From NCBI GenBank assembly GCA_964016885.1, contig OZ024741.1:361336001-361400000 (forward strand): DNA of 64,000 bases. The letters run 5' to 3'. Positions 1-14,932 of this stretch are shown here, piece by piece. The position numbers were made by a program, and so were the translations under genes. This DNA comes from Eledone cirrhosa. Taxonomy: Eukaryota. Each line of letters starts with the position of its first letter. Position 1 is the first letter of the stretch. The notes under the pieces are model-generated. The model searched no databases. It was not told where the DNA came from and saw only the letters and a program-made list of their open reading frames with translations.

Positions 1-1170
1 TTGGAGAGGTGTAAGTGTGTAAGGTTGGAATTTATCAAATCGACCCAGGTTTTTCTAGGTGTGCCTACTCCGTAACTTCCGTCTATTTTGATTGCCCTGC
101 ACTTTTTTAATACAGCTGTCGTCTTTCATGCGCATGACGTGACCATACCAACGTAGTCTTCTCTCAAGTAAACAGCATCTGATCCCTCTTATACCTAATT
201 TCTCACTTAGTTCATTTATGCTTTGCTGTTCACGTATATTACTATTACACTTCCAGCGGAGCATGCATGCTTCATTCCTCTCCAGTCTGCGCAGATCCTC
301 TGCACACAATGCCCATGTCTCACTGCCATGTAACATTGCTGTTCGTATGCAGGCATCATACAGTCTGTCTTTCATTTTTAGAGAGAAACCTTTAGCAGCC
401 AATAGTGGTATAAGCTCTCTGAACTTTTTCCATCTCGTTCTGACTCTGGCTACTGTACTTTCTGAGCACCCTCCACCACTGCTGATTTTGTCACCCAGGT
501 AACGGAAGGTGTCCACTATTTCTATAGAGCCATCTGGGCAATAGAAGGAGCTAGTATCCTGTGGGTACTTGCTACTTATTGCACCTGAGCACCGGCCACA
601 TATAAAATCTACGTTCTTAGATAGCTTACTTGTGATCCCACTACATCTTTTATGTACCCATACTTTGCATTTGGGACATAAAATGGAATTTCTGCCTACT
701 CCTTTCCTACACACTGAGCATGGCCAAGTTCCCAGGGAGGACCTGTGTCCTATTTTCCTTCCTACATACTAGAACTTTAGTCTTAGACAAGTTAACTTTA
801 AGGCCTTTTGACTCTAGGCCATGCTTCCATGTTTGGAATTTCTTCTCTAGTTCAGCCATTGATTCGGCTATGAGCGTTAGCTCATCTGCATAGAGAAGTT
901 CCCATGGGCAGCCAGTCTTGAACTCCTCTGTTATAGCCTGAAGGGCAATAATAAATAGGAGGGGGCTAAGGACAGAGCCCTGATGAACACCAACTTTTAC
1001 GCTAAATTCTTCACTATATTTGTTGTTAATTCTAACTTTGCTGACTGTTTCTTTATACATGGCTTGTATAGCTCTCACAAGCCATTCATCAACCCTTAGT
1101 TTTCTAATGGCCCACCAGATAATGGCATGGGAGACTCTGTCAACTGTTTTCTCCAAGTCAACAAAAGCTA
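1..1170 (-). mobile_element. RTE-clade LINE, 5'-truncated and frameshifted RT/C-terminal region
   Basis: GVHQGSVLSPLLF, LLYADE, FRYLG, YGSETW-like (HGSETW) and RRLRWYGHVMR motifs in ORFs 707-1156 and 55-714. Confidence 0.9.
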
Positions 1171-2229
1171 AGTATATATATATATATGAATATGTGCGTC
1201 TGTGTATGTGTGTATGTGTGTGTATTCACACAGATAGAGAAAGAGAGAGAGAGAAAGTGAGGAGATAGACAGTATTGTTGAGAGAAAGTATTTGTTTTCT
1301 AGTATGAATGAAAGTATTTTTAGAACATTTGCTCCCCTCTCTTCTCTCTGGCCCTTTTTTTTCTTACATTTGTGATCCATGAAATCTAAATTTAAAAAAT
1401 TTAGAACGTTTTTGACAGATCAGGGTAGTGTGCATGTGGGACAAATGAACAAAAAGCTGTGCAGCTATTATCAGCAAAAATTTAAAATTATTGTTATGGT
1501 TATTTGGTTATCTAGTTCATGGCCCAATTCTATTCAAGATTTCATGCGTAGGTAGGCTTTGAGTTATGTACAAAACAGAGAAAATAAAAGGCAATAGAAA
1601 TGCACTCACACATAGATGTATAGATTGATAGATGACAATAGAATTACTTTTAAACATTGCTGGATATAATAGTAGTGTCGACTACTCACAACCTATCGTT
1701 GTCATCTTCTTTAATGTCTATTTGCCATGCTTATATGGATTATACATATCACATTCTGAGGCTGGTTTAAATACTAAAGGGTTAATGGTATGGGCCCAAG
1801 AGCTATCATGAAGAGCAACATGAAATGAAGCGACTTGCTCAAGAACACAATGTACTGCCTGTCCCAAGGAATTGAACACACAACCTAACTACTAAGCCAC
1901 ATATGTTCACAATTGTGTGTAATAATAGTTGTGTAATATAGATTGAAATATTGACCATATATGTAGAAAGTAATACATTCACATCACATAGAAACATAGC
2001 TACACACTGGCTTCCAGATATTAGTGGTTCTAATAATAGTGCAAGATGCACTTTTATTCTTTTACTAGTTTCAGCCATTTGACTGCAGCCATGCTGTGGT
2101 AATTCCTTAAAGGGATTTGGTCTATCATAGCAACCCCAGTACTTATTTTTTCAAGTCTGGTACTTATTTTATTGATCTTAACCACTTAGTTACAGGATAT
2201 AAACAAACAGTAAATGTAATCACAGACAC

Positions 2230-2376
2230 AAACATATACATACATACTTATGTATTCATATATATATGCATATATATATATATGCATATATATGCATATA
2301 TATGCATATATATATATATATGTGAGTGTGTGTGTGTATATATATATATATATAAATGTACATGTATATATATATA

Positions 2377-2433
<57 letters not shown>

Positions 2434-2438
2434 GTATA

Positions 2439-2487
<49 letters not shown>

Positions 2488-2518
2488 CTATAAGAATATA
2501 TATATGTATATATATATG

Positions 2519-2550
<32 letters not shown>

Positions 2551-2920
2551 TGTATATGTATATATTTATATATGTATATATATGTATATATATATATTTA
2601 TATATGTATATATATATATTTATATATGTATATATATATGTATATATATATATTTATATATGTATATATATATGTATATATATATATTTATATATGTATA
2701 TATATATGTATATATATGTATATATATGTATATATATATATTTATGTATGTATATATATATGTATATATATATATATTTATGTATGTATATATATATGTA
2801 TATATATATATATTTATGTATGTATATATATGTATATATATATATATTTATATATTTATGTATGTATAAATATGTATATATATGTATTTATATATGTGCG
2901 TATCTATATATATATATCCA
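2230..2920. repeat. Long imperfect (TA)n microsatellite; others at about 13.25-13.57, 14.24-14.34, 41.0, 48.0-48.77 and 52.3 kb
   Basis: Direct inspection. Confidence 0.95.
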
Positions 2921-5137
2921 AAATTAATTTAATTAAATTAAATTAGGGGAGTCATGTCCGAGACATGTGCCATATCCACCGTAGATTAATCATTTTTTAT
3001 AGGTAATATTTGAAGCTCTAGTTAAACTTTAATTAGTTAACTACCTGGCTATGTGTGATTACACACTTTACAAATTATCCCCTGTGATTGTTTCATATGT
3101 TTATTTTAAATATATATATGTCAATCAATTTTTAGTTGATATATATATATGCATATATATATATATATAATATAGAACGAAGCAAGAATGAAGTATCAAT
3201 ATAACATCATTATATTTATTCCCGTGTGATCGATTAGCTCAAGGTATGATCGGTATCGATCAGGCCTGACTTGGAATTGATAGTTCATCAGACTTATGTA
3301 TTCCTTAATTAAGGAATTGTTCCTGCAACATATATGTAAAGAGAAATATAGTCATACACTTAGGTAACAGCAAAACAATGACTTTCAAATATTTGACTTA
3401 CTAGAATTTTTTTCCATACGCTGACACGTGTGTGTGCATATGTGTATGTGTATATGCATACATTTATATGTATGAGTATATAAATATAAACGTGCAAACA
3501 CAGACATGCTAACAAAAATACACACTCACAGACATACATTCACACAAACACACACATAAATACTTACAAAAATACACACTCACAGACATACATTCACACA
3601 AACACACACATAAATACTTACAAAAATACACACTCCCAGACATACATTCACACAAGCACACACATACATTCACACAAACAGGCAGCAGATGTAAAGAGAG
3701 AGGAGTAGTATGAGGTAGTCAAACTACTCCTCTCTCTTTACATGTTGTGACTGAATCACAGAAATTTATATATAAATAATAGTAGTAAGTGTAAAATACA
3801 TTAAAATACTGATTACATTTGTCTGGGAATACCTTCACTCACATTCACATACAGATTCTTAACAGTTACACAATGACTTTCTTATATTCCTTTTCTAACA
3901 ATTACTAATATAAAATATATTCAAATACTGACTACATGTGTAAAGAAATAATTCACACACAGTATTTCAAATATTAGTACAAAATATATTAACGTACTAG
4001 CTATATGTATAACGTAATTTTTTTCTTTTGTTTTTATTCACGAACCTATTTGGGATTAAATAATTCTCTTAGTTATATAATAAAATGGGTGATGTATTTG
4101 AACAGGGAGATTCAAATGTCAACTTACTTATCTTTCATTTGGTTTTTAGTATTGCTCTTACTTAATCTCACTGTAAGCTGGCCCATTGTTTTAAATAAAC
4201 AATGACAAAATACTACTTTAAGTTGCTGACAACATTACATACCTTAGTCACTTAATGCTAATGAAACTGATATAAGCTGCAGCCTGGTGAGCCTCTGGGC
4301 TTGAGAGGGACTTTAATTTAACTTAATTGAAGGAAGAACAGTTGTACCTCTGTCCCTTTTTAGGGACTCTAAGACAGAAAGTGTGAGGAAAGGAATGTTA
4401 TTCTCAGACCAGAAATCCAGCTTGAATACTTGCAACAGAGTAAATTCTACTAAAAGTGTCCAAAGGTTAGGGGTGGTGTTAAACTGTGTGATGGATTAAG
4501 TCTGCTATTGTAACTAGTCAGCTTTGATTCAGCAGCTATATGATCAAGTGTTCCAGCAATGCCTATCCCACTATTTCCTCAATCATAGTGTATGTAGGAT
4601 TATATCATCCAATGTGTCCTTCCATTTTAAACAAAGCTTGGGAAACATTTTGCTGCAATTTTTGGCAGGTTGTGTAAACCTTGTATGTAGAGGCTTGTCC
4701 ATAAAAAAAGTGATGTATTGATATTGTTGCTGTAACTATGTTCAGACTGACCAAGAGAATATGAACCAGTAACCAGCTAACTTGAAAATCCAATCTGAAT
4801 GTGTATCATACCCCTCTTTTGATATCAAAATGCCTGAAACCACCCTAGATTTATGATACAAAACTGTTCATTTTATAATGTTTATCCTTATATTAAAATC
4901 TTTCATCATAATTTTATTTTAGAAATTTTTATTAAGTAATGTTCTAAATATCAGCTTACTCGTGAAAAGCATACTTATTTTCTTTAATTCCTTCAAAATT
5001 AATTGAAAGATATAGGCAGATGAGAAACTCAGTCTTCACTTCTATGGTGCTAAAAACTATACAACAATAGTAGAAGCTCTGATGTTTTCTTGTGCAGTTT
5101 AATCTCTGATTAATTCAAAAACTTTTTCTAACTTCAG

Positions 5138-5215
5138 GTCTCCAGAATGGAGATTCATCAGTGAATCAGAAAGAGGTGAAATTGGTTTAGTGTATGAAGA
5201 TGATGGAGAATTTTG
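5138..5215 (+). CDS. Calpain exon, end of CysPc protease core (SPEWRFISESERGEIGLVYEDDGEFW)
   Basis: ttcAG acceptor and GTAAG donor; DDGEFW is the classical calpain motif; split codon TG|G joins the next exon to give DGEFWMS. Confidence 0.93.
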
Positions 5216-7817
5216 GTAAGTAGCATTTTGAAGAATCCACAATTTGTTGCCAAAAAAATGTAAGGGTTTCTCACTCTTTGATCTGTTGAAACAAAGCCAT
5301 CACTCATCAAAGACATTGGTTCTCAACAAATATATTTCTTACAGCCAACAGTTATATTGTTTTATAATCATTATCAAGTATGGACGAGTGATAAGAAATT
5401 TGCTTCACAATCATAGGTTCGATCCCATCTTGGGTAAGTGTCTTTACAATAGCCTCTCATCAATCCAAGCCATATGAGTGAAATTAAGGAAGCAGAAACT
5501 GTATGAAAGCCCTTCAGATGGATCGTTCTTGTCATTCAAAGGTTCAATCTTATCATGAATTGTGTCGTGTCGATTCTGCTTGGGAATTAGATTAAGGATA
5601 CACTTATATGTGGAGTACTCAGCCACCTACATAGTAATTCACATATTGAACAACTGAATATTTGTTGTCAAAACTGACGGAGAATCAATGATCATATTTA
5701 CAATGTTTTACTTTCATCGGGGAATTAATGTTATGATGTAGACAGCTAATTCAATTTTTTTTGTCTTATTTAATCAAGGATTACAGCCAGTTACATTCTG
5801 AGTTCAAATCCTGCCATGATCAACTTTGCCTTTCATTCTTCTGGGAGCGATAAAATAAAGTACAAGTCACAAACTGGGGTCATTGTAATCAACTTTCCCT
5901 CCCAACAAATTGTTGGTCTTGTGCCTAAATGAGAAATCATTATATAATTAGGGAGGGCAGTGGATTGGGAAAGTCATTAAAGTGTTGGACAAATGCTTAT
6001 CAGTACTTGTTCTGGTTCTTTATGCTCTGAGTTCAAATCCTTCTGAGGTCAACTTTGTCTTCCATCCGTCCAAGGTCAATAAAATGAAGTGCCAAATAGG
6101 TACTGGGTTAATATAATCGACTTTCCCTTTCCCAAAAAATTGCTGGCTTTGTGCTAAAATTAGGATATATCATTTAGTTAGAGAGGGGTGGGTAATGTCC
6201 ATGACTTTTTATCAAAGCCTCTGAGACTGTTGATAGGGAGGGAGGGAAGTATCCTCATAGATAAAGAGTCATATGTGTAAAGGAATATTTTTATTTCATT
6301 TTTCTTTTTTCTTTGTCGGTCAGGCAAACTTAAGTTAATCACTATGTTCCTAACTCAGAAGTGCAATAGAATGATCAAGCTGTAAGTTTTGAAGTTGTGA
6401 CCATGAGTTCAGTAGTCCACTATTCAAACTTCACAGTCGTGTGGGGTGTGTATGTGTATGTGTATATTTGAGAGTGAGCTGCAGTGTGTATATGTATTGT
6501 TTATATGTATTGTTTATAAATGTATATAAATGTATATGTATTGTATACAACATGGCCAAATGATAAAGAAGTTTACTTTGCAATTATGAGGGCTCAGATT
6601 CGACTCCATTTAATGGCATCTTGGTCAAGTATTATTTACTGTTACCTCAGGTCTACCTAAACATTGTGAGGGAAAATGGGTAGACAGAAACTGTTTGGAA
6701 GCCTGTTGGATGGAATATACCTGTAAAGGTCTTGTTTGTCCCATATTGTGTCATGCTGAATCTCCCTGAGAATTCCATTAAGGATACTCATGTCTGTAGA
6801 ATGCTCAGCCACTTGCATGCTAATTTCATGAGCAGGGAACCCTATTAATCAAGCAACAGGAATATCCATCGTTGAAATCAAACTGATGAAAGTATATTCC
6901 TGTTTGTAAATGTAATAAAGTGTATGTATATATGTGAACTGCCTGACTACCTTGCTATGTGTGTCTGTCTGTCTATCTGTATGCCTGTGTATGTGATACA
7001 CATACATATGTATGTGTATGTGTCCGTATGTATGCGTGTGACTGACAATCCATACAACAGCTCTGTGTTAGTATAAACACATAGACACACAAACACACAC
7101 GGCAGATTTAATTCCATCAACAGAACACAATGACAAAAAAAATTAATGAATTCCATTGAAAAAGATTGACAAGAATAATATAATATAATATCATCTGTTA
7201 TTTATTTTGTTTAATTGCCAACCAGCCAGCAACCCCTAGATACTCCATCTTGTCTTTGAAATACTTCAATATGGAGTCTACAAACCTGCACCTGCAATCA
7301 TCATCATCATCATTATCATTTTAAACTTTCCACGCAGACATGGAGGTGAAGGCAACCTAATCCTGCTCATACATTACATATTTAACATGGTTTCTTTGGC
7401 TGGATGTCCTTCCTAATGACAACCACCTTACAGAGTGTACTGAGTGTTTATGTATGTATGTATATGTGTTCCCTGGGAATATTATTAAAATAAAGTACCA
7501 GTAATACACTGGGATAATTGCTGGCCTTGTGCCAAAAGTAGAAACAATTATTATCATTATTATTATTGGCAGTATCCCGCCGAGGTTAACTTTGCCTTTC
7601 ATCCTTACGGGGTCGATAAAATAAAGTACCAGTAATGCACTGGGTAATGCCTTGGGCCAAAAGTAGAAAAAATTATTATTATTGGCAGTATCAGTAGAGG
7701 GTTGGACGCCATGCTTTTCAGCATAGAGTTACGGCCCTTTACGATCTGAGTTCAAATCCAGCCAAGTTTAACTTTGCCTTTCATCCTTACGCGGTCGATA
7801 AAATAAAGTACCAGTAA

Positions 7818-8730
7818 TCATCATCATCATCATCAGGTTTAGCGTCCGTGTTCCACGCTTGCATGGGTTTGGACGGGGGTTTTCCCACTTGAGGCAAGAG
7901 TGGTTGTCTTGCTCGCATAGGACTGTCTGGCGGGTTTTCTACAGTTGGATGCCCTTCCTAACACCAACCACATTTACAGTGTGGGTCTGGGAGGTTTTTA
8001 CCGTGTTGCCTACACGGCCACATTTACAGCGTGGACTGTGTGTTTTTTGTCGTGACACCTACACGATCTCATTTGTTTCGGCCTGGATGTTGTGGGACCA
8101 ACATAACTGTACATTGAAAGGGGCGGTGTGGATGGGGTGGAGGTGGTGGGACGGGGGGGTGTTTTGATAGAGATGCCTACTGACTGTAGTAGGTTTTACT
8201 ATGTATTTAGGTAAGGCGGGTCTTCTCTATTACTGAGTACCGCCAAAGGTCTCGGTCCATTGACATTGTCTTGGAGAGGTGTAAGCGTGTGAGGTCGGAA
8301 TTTATCAGCTCGTCCCATTATTTTCTGGGTCTGCCTACTCCGTGGCTACCGTCTATCTTTATTGCCCTGCACTTTGTTATACAGCTGTCGTCTTTCATGC
8401 GCATCACGTGACCATACCAACGTAGCCTTCTCTCGAGTAAACAACATCTGATCCCTCTTATTTTTAATTTTTTCCTTAGTTCGTTTATGCTTTGCCGTTC
8501 ACGTATATTACTATTGCACATCCAGCGGAGCATGCAAGCTTCGTTCCTCTCTAGTCTGCGTATATCCTCTGCACACAATGCCCAGGTCTCACTGTCATGC
8601 AGCATTGCTGTTCGTATGCAGGCATCGTATAATCTGCCTTTCATTTTTAGGGAGAACCCTCTAGCGGCTAATAGTGGTATAAGCTCTCTGAACTTTTTCC
8701 ATCCAGTTCTGACTCTAGCTACTGTACTTA
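7818..8730 (-). mobile_element. RTE LINE 3' fragment with 3' region and (TGA)n tail, inserted into a SINE
   Basis: ORF 8318-8773 is near-identical to the copy at 55-714; (CAT)n at 7818; the SINE sequence gtaccagtaat|gcactgg resumes on either side. Confidence 0.8.
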
Positions 8731-8792
8731 TGCACTGGCATAATTGCTGGCCTTGTGCCAAAAATAGAAACAATTATTATTATTATTATATT

Positions 8793-9150
8793 GGCAGTGG
8801 ATTGGCAGAATTGGTAGAGCATCGGTCAACATGCTTCGCAGAATAGAGTTACGACCCTTTACATTCTGAGTTCAATGGCATAATTGCTGGCCTTGTGCCA
8901 AAAATAGAAACAATTATTATTATTATTATATTGGCAGTGGATTGGCAGAATTGGTAGAGCATCGGTCAACATGCTTCGCAGAATAGAGTTACGACCCTTT
9001 ACATTCTGAGTTCAAATCCCGCCGATGTTAGCTTTGCCTTTCATCCTTACAGGGTCAATAAAATAAAGTACCAGTAATGCACTGGGGTCGGTTTAATTGA
9101 CTTTCCTCTCCTCCAAAATTGCTGGCCTTGTGCCTATAGTAGAAATCATT
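8793..9150 (+). mobile_element. tRNA-derived SINE (MetaSINE-like central domain) with internal 140-bp tandem duplication
   Basis: A-box-like tggcagaattggtag; B-box gagttcaaatcc; ttgcctttcatccttacggggtcgataaaataaagtaccag domain; 8736-8875 repeated at 8876-9015. Confidence 0.75.
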
Positions 9151-9218
9151 ATTATTGTATTTTTTATTATTGTTGTTGTAATTACTAACAATATTTATTT
9201 CTCTCTTCTTATTATCAG

Positions 9219-9394
9219 GATGTCCTTTCAAGATTTTATGACCAATTTCAAAAAACTTGAGATCTGTAACTTGGCTCCAGATTCTTTGGATGAGGATGAA
9301 CTGAATGCCAGGTCAAAGAAACGTTGGGAATCGACAAGTGAATTAGGTTCCTGGGTTAAGAGAGTGAGTGCAGGAGGTTGCAGAAACTATCTTG
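9219..9394 (+). CDS. Calpain exon (MSFQDFMTNFKKLEICNLAPD...WVKRVSAGGCRNYL), core to CBSW domain
   Basis: tatcAG acceptor and GTAATT donor; LEICNL and AGGCRNY calpain motifs; phases match both neighbours. Confidence 0.95.
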
Positions 9395-9899
9395 GTAATT
9401 ATGAAAAAATTATGATCTTTTTATTTGATGTTGTTGTTTTGTTTATGTTTTCTTCTTGTTTTGCATTTTTTTTTTAAATTCATCATCATCATCATTGTAT
9501 GTTCATATTCCATGCTAGCATGAGTTAAATGGGTTGTCATGATCCAAACTGGGAAAACATGTCTTGCTCATATGTTCCATAGCTTGGAATGGTTTCTGTA
9601 GCTGGATGCCCTTCCTGGCACTAACCACTTTACAGAGTGTACTGGGTGCATTCTATTGTGACACCAGTGACTCAGATTTAAAGCAACTGCATGAGACAGA
9701 TGAGGACTCTGTAAGCTGTAGTGAAGGCAACCCATCTAGGAGAGTAGACACTCCAAATAAAAATTGATACTGAGTGGAGAGGACTCTTGAGTCCAGTAAG
9801 ACAACCTCTATAGTGCTGGTGGCACAAATAATGCACCCACTCCCCAGCCAGAAAAAACACTACCAAAATTATGAAAAGCCCAACAAATAAGATTCATAC

Positions 9900-10860
9900 T
9901 AATTGTGTATACAGGGCAAACACTAATCATGTTAGTGTTGCACATGATAGTGGGGTGGCTAGCGTAGTCATGTATGAGAAGCCTTCAACAGTCATCAAGC
10001 AACTGCACAGCCTTTTTCCCTTCCGGGTATATAGAACTTCTGCTCAAGGAACTCAAGATACAAATCTCAATACTGCCACCCTCAATGTTGGCACCCTGAA
10101 AAGTAAATCATCATCCTGGCAGGCAACTTCAATGGATATGTTGGACAGTACCAGGACAGATTCACTGGAGTTCAAGGCGGCTATGGTTATGGCTCAAGAA
10201 ATGAAGAGGGAGTGAAGCTCCTGGAATTCTATGATGCAAATGAACTAACCATCCACAATTCAAATTTCAGGAATCACATACCGATCAAGCAAACACACAT
10301 GACAAAATGATTTCTTACTTGTAAGACAACAAGATAAACGGACTATAATGAATACTAAGGCCTTCCCTGGAGAAGAATGTGAGGCAACTACAAGAGAAGT
10401 TCCTAGCCAAGAATAAGCCGCTATACCTAGCTTTTGTTGATTTAGAAAAAGCCTTTGACAGAGTACCTCGATCTATTATCTGGTGGTCTTTAAGGAAATT
10501 AGGTGTAGAAGAGTGGTTTTTGAGAGCAGTGCAAGCCATGTACAGAGGAGCTGTCAGTAAAGTGACAATAAGAAGTGATTTTAGTGAGGAATTCAAGGTA
10601 CATGTAAGAGTTCACCAAGGCTCAGTTCTTAGCCTACTGATGTTCATCATAGTCCTCCAAGCCATAACAGACAAGTTTAAAACTGGCTGTCTATGAAACT
10701 ACTCTATGCAGAGGATCTGGTCCTTATAGCTGAATCCATTAAAGAACTAGAGAATAAGTTCTGACCAAGGAAACTGAATTTGAAATCAAAGGGTCTGAGA
10801 GTAAACTTAGCCAAGACTAAAGGGATCATAAATAAGAAAGAAGATAGAGCCCTGATTCCC
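9900..10860 (+). mobile_element. Degraded RTE LINE (endonuclease and RT pieces)
   Basis: ATLNVGTL; RQLQEKFLAKNKPLYLAFVDLEKAFDRVPR; VHQGSVLS. Confidence 0.85.
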
Positions 10861-11049
10861 TCATATATATGTGTGTTTGTGTTTATATTTATTGTTTATG
10901 TCCTGTAACTTAGCAATTTGTCAGAAAGAAATCAATAGAATATGTACCAGGCTTGAAAAATTAAGTACTGGATCAATCTCTAAATCTATTTTTGCCAACA
11001 TTTTTCAAGCAATTTTTTCAAGTTTGATTTATTCTTTTGTACTGTTTAG

Positions 11050-11213
11050 AGACGTTTTGGACCAACCCCCAATTCAAAGTCAGCCTTACTGATCCTGATG
11101 ATGATGATGATGACAACATGTGTACCCTCTTGATTGCTATTCTCCAAAAGGACAGACGTAAGAATAAGAAGCAGGGTATTGAGATGTTAACCATTGGCTA
11201 CATGATATACAAG
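11050..11213 (+). CDS. Calpain exon, CBSW/C2-like domain III (ETFWTNPQFKVSLTDPDDDDDDNMCTLLIAILQK...IGYMIYK)
   Basis: tttAG acceptor and GTTTGT donor; TFWTNPQF motif and acidic loop. Confidence 0.95.
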
Positions 11214-11911
11214 GTTTGTAGTTGATAATTATATTGTACAAATTATATAGTTGTTATATGATATGCAAGATGTGTTGCTTATATGATATACAAAGTATAT
11301 TAATGCAAACTATTGCCTGAAGCAATTTACATATGGGCTAAGTGAACTACAGCCCAGGGAACAGTCCTGTTTTAACACATTAGCATTTAAATCACCTGTA
11401 TCTAGCCAGAATTCTCTCACCTATTTCTGTTCAAACCAACCATAGCTGGCTGCTCATACTGATGTTAAGATATTGTTCTCAGAATGAATAATATCAATAT
11501 CTCATAGGTTCGATATTATGTGAGATAATTATGTGAGGTAAAGCCTTTACTGTGAAAATGCAACAGTATATATAGAGTAATGCAAATGCTAAAGAGTGAA
11601 ATATATATTAAAATAAGCCTACAAAGTATGCCATTTTATCAAAATTTAGAATATTCTACTTATTATTAAATACGTTTCTCTCTTTCATTGTCACCTATTT
11701 TAGAGGTTAGCATGGATCAATGCTGGATGGAATCTTACCATCATTCTGTATGTAAAAATATATATTATGTATTAAAATATATATTAAAATATAACTAGGA
11801 AACATATTTTTGTCAACATTTTTAATATTAGAGTTTAATATTTGAGCCTGACATGGATTGATACTGGAATTTTAGCATCATTCTATTTAATTTGCATTAA
11901 GTTTCTTGTGA

Positions 11912-12200
11912 ACGTGGTCTAGTGGTAAGGGTGTTGGACTTATAATCATAATGTCGTGGGTTCAATTCCTTGGTTGGGTTGCATGTTGTTCTTGAGCAAA
12001 ACACTTAATTTCACGTTGCTCCAGTATACTCAGCAGAAAACGAGTACCAGCAACAGCTGGAGGTTTAACCCTGTGTTGGACTGGCATCCTGTCCAGTGGC
12101 GAGTCTTGTACTCTCAGTTGCTTCACGCTATGAAACCAGAATAAGCACCGGCCTAACAAGCCTTCTGGCTTAAGACAGACTTTAGACTTAGACTTAGACT
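11912..12200 (+). mobile_element. Second tRNA-derived SINE family (related copies near 33885 and 48178)
   Basis: cgtggtctagtggtaagg A box; ggttcaattcc B box; ttgagcaaaacacttaatttcacgttgctccag core; (TTAGAC)n tail. Confidence 0.6.
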
Positions 12201-13282
12201 TCTTGTGAACAGATGTTGGGACCCCAAAGTTCTCTAGCCTAAGGCCCTGATATTGTCTATATAATGTACAAAATATATTGTTGCTAAATATTGATTATAT
12301 AATGTACAAAATATATAGTTGTTAGCTATTAGATACATGTGTGTATTAGACCTCCATTGATTTTTACAACACGTATTCCAGTTTTTTGAGCATCAGAACT
12401 GCCTGTTCATGAAATAGATGTACAAATGACTGAGCATTCCACAGACACGTGTACCCTTAATGTAGTTCTCTGGGAGACTTAGTGTGACAGTGTGTGATAC
12501 GACTGCCACTTTGAATTACTAATGCAACACATTTTTTGCCAACTGAGTGGACTGGAGCAATGTCAAACAAAGTATCTTGCTTAAAGACACAATGCACAAC
12601 CAGGAATCAAACTCACAAAATTATGACCATGAGCCACATACCCTAACCACTAAGCTACGTGCCTTCACATTAGATATATATAGTAGACAATATATACCGT
12701 ATATATCCAATATAAGCCAATCCAAATATAAGCCACCACCACCCCACCACCCATTTCCTGTCTGAGAAATGGGCAAAATCCAAACTTCATGTGTAAGTCA
12801 AAGCAGCTAATTAACACATAATGTTTAGATGGAGCAGTTTTGAAAGAATATATTTATGAATTTTTAGAATATAATGATGATGTGTCATTTAGAGTATAGT
12901 TTTTATTTCAGAAATCCATTATTTAATGATTTTTTACCAATTTCCAACTGTTTTGAAGACCATATTAATTCAAAACACATCTAAAATGAATTTTATGTTG
13001 AAAATGAAATTGGTGTAATATTCACCCCCAAGACGAAAATATTTTAGCACTTCATTTATGTAAAATTTTTAAGTTGATAAAAATTGACAAAATATTGATC
13101 TTGGATATAAGCTGACCTCATTTTACCATCGCTTTTTTATTTTGTTACATATTTCTCAGCTTATATACAAATATATATGAAATATTTATATTGCTAACTA
13201 TTGCCTTACATTATGTTAGCTATATTAGGTTATAGAATATATATATATAGTCAATATAGAATATATATATATAATCAATATA

Positions 13283-13351
<69 letters not shown>

Positions 13352-13360
13352 ATCAATATA

Positions 13361-13421
<61 letters not shown>

Positions 13422-13430
13422 ATCAATATA

Positions 13431-13506
<76 letters not shown>

Positions 13507-13512
13507 ATATAC

Positions 13513-13547
<35 letters not shown>

Positions 13548-13570
13548 AATATATATACACATATATATAC

Positions 13571-14347
<777 letters not shown>

Positions 14348-14470
14348 CAATATAGAATATTAGCTATAGAATATCTGCTGAATGCTCTCGATTGTGTTAT
14401 TTTCTAACTCAGGTTTATTGTTACTCTCTTGTGTGTGTGTGTGTGGGGTGGGTGGGGTGGGGGGGAGGGG

Positions 14471-14810
14471 TTATACTATACTGATATCATCTACGTAACG
14501 AGAGTACATGACGAGGACTATGGAGTTCTCTTCTAGGAGTTCTCTGAGTCTCCTTTTCCACCATACCATAACTAGGTTGGCAACATCGCCAGCTATGCTG
14601 ACACCAATGGCTGCTCCCTCATCCTGGGTGTAAATTTTCTCATTAAATTTAAACATGGAGCCCTTTAAGGTAGTTTTAATACTAGCCCATACTCCATGTG
14701 CGATCATTTTTCTCACCTGATCATTGTTCTTGGGTGTCCATATGGCTTAGTCCATCCATTCCATCTTCCTATGGGAATCTTTTTAGCCATTGAAGTTATG
14801 GTGGAGGGTC
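14471..14810 (-). mobile_element. Penelope-like element reverse transcriptase fragment
   Basis: FKFNEKIYTQDEGAAIGVSIAGDVANL...YSRYVDD matches the PLE RT pattern (QxxGxxxG...RYVDD). Confidence 0.75.
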
Positions 14811-14932
14811 AGACACGAACACACACCAAACAGAAAAGACACACACAAATGGATGCACAAACAGAGACAAGAATAAATAAATAAATAAAAAATAGAATAG
14901 ACATTACAATACAATGAGAGGAAACATAATAG

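Noticed and set aside
2117-2946. Long YI/IY-rich ORFs here and at 13.2, 43.2, 48.0 and 52.3 kb
   Set aside because: Translation artefacts of (TA)n/(TG)n microsatellites
3711-3719. TGAGGTAGT resembling the let-7 5' end
   Set aside because: Only 9 nt match and it lies in the loop of the hairpin, not on an arm
6880-6900. Isolated CTGATGA hits (also near 37954)
   Set aside because: No downstream stem II-GAAA-stem III-UH and no stem I pairing
8793-8875. tRNA gene
   Set aside because: A/B boxes belong to SINE heads; no complete cloverleaf
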